Source: Aliivibrio fischeri ES114 (lineage in GTDB: Bacteria > Pseudomonadota > Gammaproteobacteria > Enterobacterales > Vibrionaceae). Taken from it: a DNA stretch of 32,000 bases. The notes beneath the pieces are model-generated. The model did no database searches. It saw only the letters and a list, made by a program, of their open reading frames with translations, and was not told the DNA's origin. The DNA lies in NCBI RefSeq assembly GCF_000011805.1, contig NC_006841.2, one strand, 5' to 3'. The position numbers and the translations under genes were made by a program. Within the stretch, counting starts at the first letter, position 1; each line of letters starts with the position of its first letter. This document shows, one piece after another, positions 26,720 to 32,000 of this stretch.

Positions 26720-27219
26720 TCCAGTCAAATAGTGCGCATGAACCAATTGAAATTATTGTGGATGAACATGAGTTAGCTGAAACATATAAATTACTTGCGC
26801 AAAAACATAAATCTAGTTCAAACGACTCATATCTACATATGAGTAAAACACTTAATACTCTTGAAGCTTTTGAGAAAGCTAACAACACAGGTGACTGTGA
26901 ATATCAGATGGCTCGTGTGGTCTTACAATCAAACAAAAGAGGTTCTGTTGTAGTTGAGCTTGAAACTCATGTTTTGGTAGAGCAAGGTTGGACTGAACAT
27001 TTGTCCATTGACATAGAGAACACAGTTGACGTCGGAATTACCAAGGCTGATCTTGCGGCATTTAAGCAAGGAAACTTTAGTGTTGAGATCTCCAAGCCAC
27101 AAGCAATCTCAAATCTGACAGTTGAAGACTTATTGTCATTAATGGACAAGTACATGATTGGTCGTCCATCGACTTATGCCGAATTATTTGCGATCTTACA
27201 GAAGAGAGTAATTTGTTAA
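26716..27219 (+). CDS. topoisomerase IA core fragment (middle part), separate ORF
   Basis: SAHEPIEI, EQGWTEH and MIGRPSTYAELFAILQKR match TopA EAHEAIRP, FDGWTKV and GIGRPSTYASIISTIQDR, recalled from memory, in the same order. The start forms an ATGA overlap with the helicase ORF. Confidence 0.7.
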   Translation: MIQSNSAHEPIEIIVDEHELAETYKLLAQKHKSSSNDSYLHMSKTLNTLEAFEKANNTGDCEYQMARVVLQSNKRGSVVVELETHVLVEQGWTEHLSIDIENTVDVGITKADLAAFKQGNFSVEISKPQAISNLTVEDLLSLMDKYMIGRPSTYAELFAILQKRVIC

Positions 27220-27479
27220 ATATTGATGGCGATAACGTTAGATTAACGACTTTAGGACTCTTGATGGCAGAACATCTTGCCAATGAGACGTTGGACGAGT
27301 TCTCACCGACTTTCAGTTTGATACTTGGTCAAGATTTAGAAAAAATAGGACAAGGAAAAATGTCGCCACTGGATGTTCTGATAAAGTACCTTCCTCTTGT
27401 AGGGGATGAAAATGAGTTCGATGACTTCAGAGAGAACGTATGGCATACCTTGTCTGATATTAGTATTGAAGTGTATTAG
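27213..27479 (+). CDS. topoisomerase IA core fragment (C-terminal part), reached by a -1 frame change; separate ORF or frameshifted continuation
   Basis: LNIDGDNVRLTTLGLLMAEHL continues the TopA alignment ([21 protein letters not shown]) directly after ...LQKRV of the previous ORF. The only available start is the TTG at 27213, which overlaps the previous ORF by 7 nt. Confidence 0.55.
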   Translation: MLNIDGDNVRLTTLGLLMAEHLANETLDEFSPTFSLILGQDLEKIGQGKMSPLDVLIKYLPLVGDENEFDDFRENVWHTLSDISIEVY

Positions 27480-27489
27480 GGGATAGTTT

Positions 27490-28893
27490 GTGAGTAAGAT
27501 CAGCTACCCACGCACGCAAACAAAAAGAGCAACTCAGAGTAAGTGTAGTGAGTTGATAAAACGCATCGATTATTTGCTTTTAAAAAGTCACTTAACCGAA
27601 GCTGAGCTTGAAGAGTTAATTGCCCTTATTGGTTGTATAAATTGGGCTTATGGTGCTCGAAGTTACAGGCTCAAAGCTCTCAGACGTATACACGAGTTAC
27701 GTCAAAAGGTGTTACATGAGCAAGATGAGCAATATCAACAAGAGCTAGACACCTATTATCAAAAGCAAGCTGAGTTAGAAGAGCAACGCAAAGCAGCTAT
27801 AGAGGCTGGAAACAACATCAATATGTTTGATGCCCAGCTAACGTCGTTACAGCAGAATATCGCCTTACATAATGCTTTCATCAAGAGCGCTAATGAACTG
27901 AAGCTAGAAATCCAAACTGCAACGTTACTGTTGACGTCTAGTCACGATGTACGTTCAAGTGCGGATAAACTAAATCAGCCGTTTGAAGATGACTCTTCTT
28001 TTAAGCCCTACAATTTTAAAGAGTTAGCTGATACTAATGGTTCTAAATACTATCACGACCAGTACGGTGAAATATTACGTGAGACCGACTTGGAACAAGT
28101 TGATATAACACAGTACGAAGATCGTGCTAAAAATATCAACAGGGATAAATTAATTTCGGACGCTGAACGGTCACAGTTAGAAAGTGAAGTGGATAACATC
28201 AACACTTTATCTATCGACGCGCGGAAAGCAATTTTTGATGGGTGGATGAAAGGTGGAATCACTCATCTTGATAACGAGTTTGAAGAACTAAAAGATGTTA
28301 ATAAGTGTATTCAAGTGCTAAATGACTTTGGTGTGATGTTTGATACGTACAGTGAGTTAGGAAAGCGAGGAGTTGGTCAGGAAATGTTCCATAAATATGG
28401 CTATCAAAAGGAGCATTATCCTCCATATTCATGCTTTACAGAAAGGTTGAAAATCGGCAAAGAGTCACGAGGCAGTATTCCGTTGATTGATGGGTTGAAT
28501 AACTACAATGAGAAAAAGGCTCTTTGCTTTGCGATTTTTGATGGTCAACACATTGATGAAGAACATTATAAAGTTACCCGTGCATCTGAAGCGTTTATGA
28601 AGGAACTACAGGCGAAAGGTGAGAATGCCACTTTAGGCCAATGGCTTGATAAAGCTGTTGAGTGGAATGCCGAAATTTTCACTGAACGCTTAGAGCGTGA
28701 TGCAAAAGAACCGTACGATAGGGATGCTCTGGCGAAACAAGGACGCAAAGCCGCTGTTGCCATGAGAAATGTTACACAAGCACACTTTGTTAGTTTGGAA
28801 GGTTCTAATGTATTGAGTCTCAAATTAGAAAATGGGAAACACAGAAACAAACTAAACCCAAAGACAGCGAGCAGGGACCAAAATGATTTATAA
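27490..28893 (+). CDS. hypothetical coiled-coil protein (467 aa)
   Basis: The GTG start has AGGGGA upstream. A long Q/E/L-rich heptad-like stretch is present (EQYQQELDTYYQKQAELEEQRKAAIEAG...). No catalytic motif is recognisable. Confidence 0.6.
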   Translation: MSKISYPRTQTKRATQSKCSELIKRIDYLLLKSHLTEAELEELIALIGCINWAYGARSYRLKALRRIHELRQKVLHEQDEQYQQELDTYYQKQAELEEQRKAAIEAGNNINMFDAQLTSLQQNIALHNAFIKSANELKLEIQTATLLLTSSHDVRSSADKLNQPFEDDSSFKPYNFKELADTNGSKYYHDQYGEILRETDLEQVDITQYEDRAKNINRDKLISDAERSQLESEVDNINTLSIDARKAIFDGWMKGGITHLDNEFEELKDVNKCIQVLNDFGVMFDTYSELGKRGVGQEMFHKYGYQKEHYPPYSCFTERLKIGKESRGSIPLIDGLNNYNEKKALCFAIFDGQHIDEEHYKVTRASEAFMKELQAKGENATLGQWLDKAVEWNAEIFTERLERDAKEPYDRDALAKQGRKAAVAMRNVTQAHFVSLEGSNVLSLKLENGKHRNKLNPKTASRDQNDL

Positions 28894-29860
28894 CCACGAA
28901 ATTTCACGCCTTCGTGAAACCAAAAATAGAGATGCAGTTCTGGCAATAATGGTCAGTGTTCCTGACAACGGCAGTATGCCTACGAGTGATGTTTATCTTG
29001 GTATCTTTGATGAAAGCAAGGATAGTGGCTTTTGCTTTTGGACAAACAGTACCGTACTGGATGCCGCTATGACTCTGTCTAACCAGTTCTGGTGTGTAGA
29101 TAATGAAGGGCATGTATTTACAACATCAACATTGGTTAACGCTCCTTTGGCAGTATTGGAGGACGTTTCTTTTGGTTATAAAAAAGAGTACCTCTCCAAA
29201 ATTAATGCTTATCGTTTTTCTGAGTTACCAATCAATACGTTATGGTGTTGTGATCGACTAACTATACTTGCAGACGAATCGGGTACAGTGTGTCATATCG
29301 AAGGTGACAAAGTCACGTTACACTCTCTGGATCTAATTCCATTATCTTTTTTTGGAAATGCTTACAATGATTTATATCTATATGGCCGAAAAGCGAAGCT
29401 TTGGCATTTCAATGGTATACAGTGGACTGAAATCGCATTGCCTGATGTTGGACTTGATCATTTAGCGATCTCTGGAGGAATTGTACTTAGTGACGGGAAT
29501 GTGATGTTTGTGACATCTTACGGATTTGTTTTCAAAGGTAATGCTAAAAAAGGATTTTCGCTACTCTCAACTCTTAAAAAACTTTATTCGGGAATCTGTC
29601 AGTATCAGGGGCGCTATTTTGTCAGCGCAAAAGATGAAGGGTTGTTTGAGGTGACGAATATTGATAATCAATGGCAATTTCATCTCATTTCACCAGCGCG
29701 GCTTCCTCTTTCACTTCATACAATGGGTCAGGAAGGGAACCAAGCTCTATTTATGGTGAGCGCATTGAATATTGGGAAACCGCATTTTGTTGTTGTGGAT
29801 CCAGGCAACAATTTTGGAGAAAAAGAAAGAGCATATAGTTGGGAGATAAACATTGAATAA
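28883..29860 (+). CDS. hypothetical protein (325 aa), possibly beta-propeller-like
   Basis: It overlaps the upstream ORF by 11 nt. Short strand-turn motifs recur (GHVFTTS, GTVCHIEGDKV, LWHFNGIQWTEI, GNVMFVTSYGFVFKG, GRYFVSAKDEGLFEV), reminiscent of propeller blades. The fold call is inference only. Confidence 0.55.
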   Translation: MIYNHEISRLRETKNRDAVLAIMVSVPDNGSMPTSDVYLGIFDESKDSGFCFWTNSTVLDAAMTLSNQFWCVDNEGHVFTTSTLVNAPLAVLEDVSFGYKKEYLSKINAYRFSELPINTLWCCDRLTILADESGTVCHIEGDKVTLHSLDLIPLSFFGNAYNDLYLYGRKAKLWHFNGIQWTEIALPDVGLDHLAISGGIVLSDGNVMFVTSYGFVFKGNAKKGFSLLSTLKKLYSGICQYQGRYFVSAKDEGLFEVTNIDNQWQFHLISPARLPLSLHTMGQEGNQALFMVSALNIGKPHFVVVDPGNNFGEKERAYSWEINIE

Positions 29861-30443
29861 CATAACGATCGTACAGCAGATTGAAGAACTTTCTGTTTAT
29901 GCAAATTACCTAGATGAATCTGATCAACGCAAGCTGGTGGTTTGGTTCGAGTTGTTAAGAAATGCACTTCAAAGCAATGATTTAAATAAATCACAGAGAG
30001 AGTCGTTGTGTCGACTGATGGTTGCTCAATGTACGCCAAATCGTTGTAAGAATGCAGGTGCTGTATTGTTCTATGTTCCATATGCACTTCGCTGTTACTT
30101 TATCCTAGGAGACTTTTCTGAAGTAAATCTTAAGAGAATGAAGGAGTTATATGCATTATTAAACCCTGAAAATTTGATTGAGGTATTGGATTGCCACTTT
30201 TTCTTCCACCAACTCTTTGGCTTTCCCAAAAAGTTGGTGAGAATCATAGAAGATGCAGATAAACAGTCAGCTCAATCGTCTATGGATGTTAAAGCGTTTG
30301 TCTTTGCAATTAAACAAGCAAACACAATGACAATGGGAGCGATTAACAAGTTTGAATATTTACCAAGTATTAAATCAGATAGTGCTTGGAAAAAATTGCC
30401 GTGGTTGAAGTGGCAGTTGAGCACGATGAAAAACATAATGTAA
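29853..30443 (+). CDS. hypothetical helical protein (196 aa), last gene of the operon
   Basis: The TTG start has GGGAG 9 nt upstream and overlaps the previous ORF by 8 nt. No motif is recognisable. Confidence 0.5.
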   Translation: MNNITIVQQIEELSVYANYLDESDQRKLVVWFELLRNALQSNDLNKSQRESLCRLMVAQCTPNRCKNAGAVLFYVPYALRCYFILGDFSEVNLKRMKELYALLNPENLIEVLDCHFFFHQLFGFPKKLVRIIEDADKQSAQSSMDVKAFVFAIKQANTMTMGAINKFEYLPSIKSDSAWKKLPWLKWQLSTMKNIM

Positions 30444-30671
30444 GGATATGGGAATGTTGAGATAAGGATAAATGTTTGATGAGCAGTTGAAGTTTGAATC
30501 TAGCAAGACTTAACATTTGATTAAAAATTATCTTCAAATTGAAGAACGATAATACATATTCTTATATTCTGGAAGATATTAGTTAGAGTAATATTTTAAA
30601 TACTATGATTATTAATCAAAAATATGGATTGTATAATCGAGTCCAGTAGCGGCTTTAATTTATTTAATGAA

Positions 30672-30692
30672 GAGGCAGCTTTACGCTGCCTC
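30672..30692 (-). terminator. hairpin spanning the integrase stop codon (candidate terminator)
   Basis: gaggcagc (30672-30679) pairs with gctgcctc (30685-30692) around a 5-nt loop. On the minus-strand transcript it is followed by ttcattaaataaatt. Confidence 0.5.
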
Positions 30693-31880
30693 ATCTATAT
30701 AATTACTCCACCAGCACATAATCTCTTTTCTTTGTTCTAAATAATCAGAACGGTTGTAACTGGCTCTCACTTCATTTTGGTCGGCATGTGATAAACAAGC
30801 TTCAATCAATAAACTATCAAAACCGTACTCGTGAAGGGCAGTAGAAGCTATAGCACGCAATCCATGAGCAACTAACTCATCTTTTAGCCCAAGACTACGC
30901 TTTATGGCTGCATTTGCTGTAAACAAGCTTACATGGCTATTTATATCTCGCTCACCAGGAAAGACATAATCACATCGTTTGCTTTGTAATCGAATCTGAT
31001 TCAGAATGTTGATTGCTTGTGATGTCAGCGGTATACGGTGTTCTTTTCTGCGTTTCATATTCTCAGCAGGGATAGTCCATACGCCTTTTTCTAAATCAAT
31101 ATCTATCCAGCGAGTTGTTGCCGCTTCCTTTGGGCGCGTCATTGTGTGTAGCTGCCATAAAATGAGCAATTTAGTTTTAGTTTGTATTGTTGAACATGAA
31201 TGCAGTCGTTTTAAAAAATCAGGTAATTGCTCTGGCCGAATAGTAGGCATGTGCAAAACTGTATTTTTACGAAAAACTTTAATTATTTTTGCTAATGGAT
31301 TTGCGTGTATTAAACCGTGGTTAACTGAGTAATCCATGATTTGGTTAAGGCTTTGGCAAATTCGTTTAACCGTCGAGTATTTACCTTCTTTTTCTAGAGG
31401 TCGTAATACATCTATTGTTTCTACAGCAGTGATCGTAGCAACAGGAATTTTGCTCATATGAGGGAAAATATATTTTTCTAATGTCCGCCATTCCCGGTAT
31501 GAATGCGCAGGAGAAACCGTTTCTTTTTTTCGTTCAAACCATTGTTCTGCAACTACGATAAAAGTCGACGTCTGTACTCTTTTCGCCTCAAGCTCTTTAC
31601 TTTGTTCAAATGACTTAGGGTTGATTTTTTGAGCTAAGAGTGTTCGGTACTCAGTTGTTTTGGATCGAGCATTAGCAAGAGATAATTCAGGATAAGGGCC
31701 AAGTGCTATTTTCTGAATCTTTCTTGTTACAGGGTCACTGAATTTAAATTGCCATGATTTAGCCCCAGTTGGACGTACACGCAATTGTAATCCTTCACCA
31801 TCAGATAATGTAAATTCTTTCCCTGTTGGTGCTGCTGATTTTATCTTTCTATCAGTAAGACGAATTACTTGACGAGCCAT
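30681..31880 (-). CDS. int: P4-type tyrosine recombinase/integrase (DUF4102 N-terminal arm-binding domain plus phage-integrase catalytic domain)
   Basis: The N-terminus LTDRKIKSAAPTGKEFTLSDGEGLQLRVRPTGAKSWQFKF is typical of P4-like integrases. Catalytic-domain landmarks are TMTRPKEA (Arg), AHGLRAIAST (HxxR) and CLSHADQNEVRASYNRSDY (His ... Tyr). Confidence 0.93.
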   Translation of the reverse strand: MARQVIRLTDRKIKSAAPTGKEFTLSDGEGLQLRVRPTGAKSWQFKFSDPVTRKIQKIALGPYPELSLANARSKTTEYRTLLAQKINPKSFEQSKELEAKRVQTSTFIVVAEQWFERKKETVSPAHSYREWRTLEKYIFPHMSKIPVATITAVETIDVLRPLEKEGKYSTVKRICQSLNQIMDYSVNHGLIHANPLAKIIKVFRKNTVLHMPTIRPEQLPDFLKRLHSCSTIQTKTKLLILWQLHTMTRPKEAATTRWIDIDLEKGVWTIPAENMKRRKEHRIPLTSQAINILNQIRLQSKRCDYVFPGERDINSHVSLFTANAAIKRSLGLKDELVAHGLRAIASTALHEYGFDSLLIEACLSHADQNEVRASYNRSDYLEQRKEIMCWWSNYIDEAA

Positions 31881-31930
31881 GATGATTACCTCAAAACTAG
31901 ATAGAAACAGTATATATTAGTTTTGGATCA

Positions 31931-31972
31931 TGGGGTACATCCTGGGGTACTAAAAATGCTGGCTTGGGGTAC
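31931..31972 (+). repeat. three direct copies of TGGGGTAC upstream of the integrase gene (candidate arm-type or regulatory sites)
   Basis: Exact 8-mers occur at 31931-31938, 31943-31950 and 31965-31972, starting 51 bp (31931) to 85 bp (31965) beyond the integrase start codon. Confidence 0.6.
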
Positions 31973-32000
31973 TATTTAGTGGACGTTAATGGATTTACTT

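Larger units (their letters stand above)
9871..32000. mobile_element. integrase-associated genomic (defence) island; right end beyond the window, left end uncertain
   Basis: An intact P4-type integrase sits at the right end with direct repeats upstream of it. An excisionase-family HTH is the first gene after the strong terminator at 9831-9870. The cargo consists of R-M and helicase-type genes. The left limit could instead be near 4579, beside the integrase remnant. Confidence 0.5.

Noticed and set aside
31881-32000. Possible tRNA gene or att core at the right edge next to the integrase.
   Set aside because: I found no cloverleaf-compatible stems and no GGTTCGAATCC-type T-arm in the 120 nt available. 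The tRNA, if any, must lie beyond the window.
1-32000. CRISPR arrays, rRNA genes, IS elements with terminal inverted repeats, and retron-like ncRNA in the 20609-21000 gap.
   Set aside because: No regularly spaced direct repeats, transposase-like ORFs or long structured inverted repeats were seen. The 20.6-21.0 kb gap shows only a weak terminator-like hairpin and AT-rich promoter-like sequence.

Overview
This 32-kb window is about 40% GC apart from its first 4.3 kb. It looks like a marine gammaproteobacterial (Vibrionaceae-like) chromosome, though I cannot verify the taxon without a search. I see three zones.

(i) 1-4.3 kb is an extremely AT-rich block. It carries two methyl-accepting chemotaxis protein (MCP) genes and ends against a decayed 5' fragment of a P4-type integrase (about 4340-4578, minus strand).

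(ii) 4.8-9.9 kb holds a pnuC plus Udp-like nucleoside phosphorylase operon, a Crp/Fnr-like regulator, a 47-aa ORF missing from the ORF track, and a 746-aa ankyrin-repeat protein. Clear rho-independent terminators separate these units.

(iii) 10.0-31.9 kb is a defence island bounded by an integrase.
- It opens with an excisionase-type HTH ORF that is also missing from the track.
- Next is a translationally coupled type I R-M operon with two diverged hsdM paralogues. A DUF262/DUF1524 (GmrSD-like) gene is wedged between them, followed by hsdS, hsdR and a trailing membrane/coiled-coil protein.
- A seven-ORF plus-strand operon follows (21001-30443). Its centre is a 1354-aa Upf1/DNA2-like SF1B helicase fused to a Toprim/topoisomerase-IA core.
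- That core continues collinearly through the next two small ORFs. By eye, the segment that should carry the catalytic tyrosine is missing exactly at the first ORF junction.
- The other four products have no motif I recognise. I know of no named defence system with this architecture, so it is my main candidate for a new system.
- The island ends with an intact P4-type integrase (30681-31880, minus) and three TGGGGTAC direct repeats. The presumed tRNA target lies beyond the window.

I found no CRISPR array, rRNA gene or tRNA gene.
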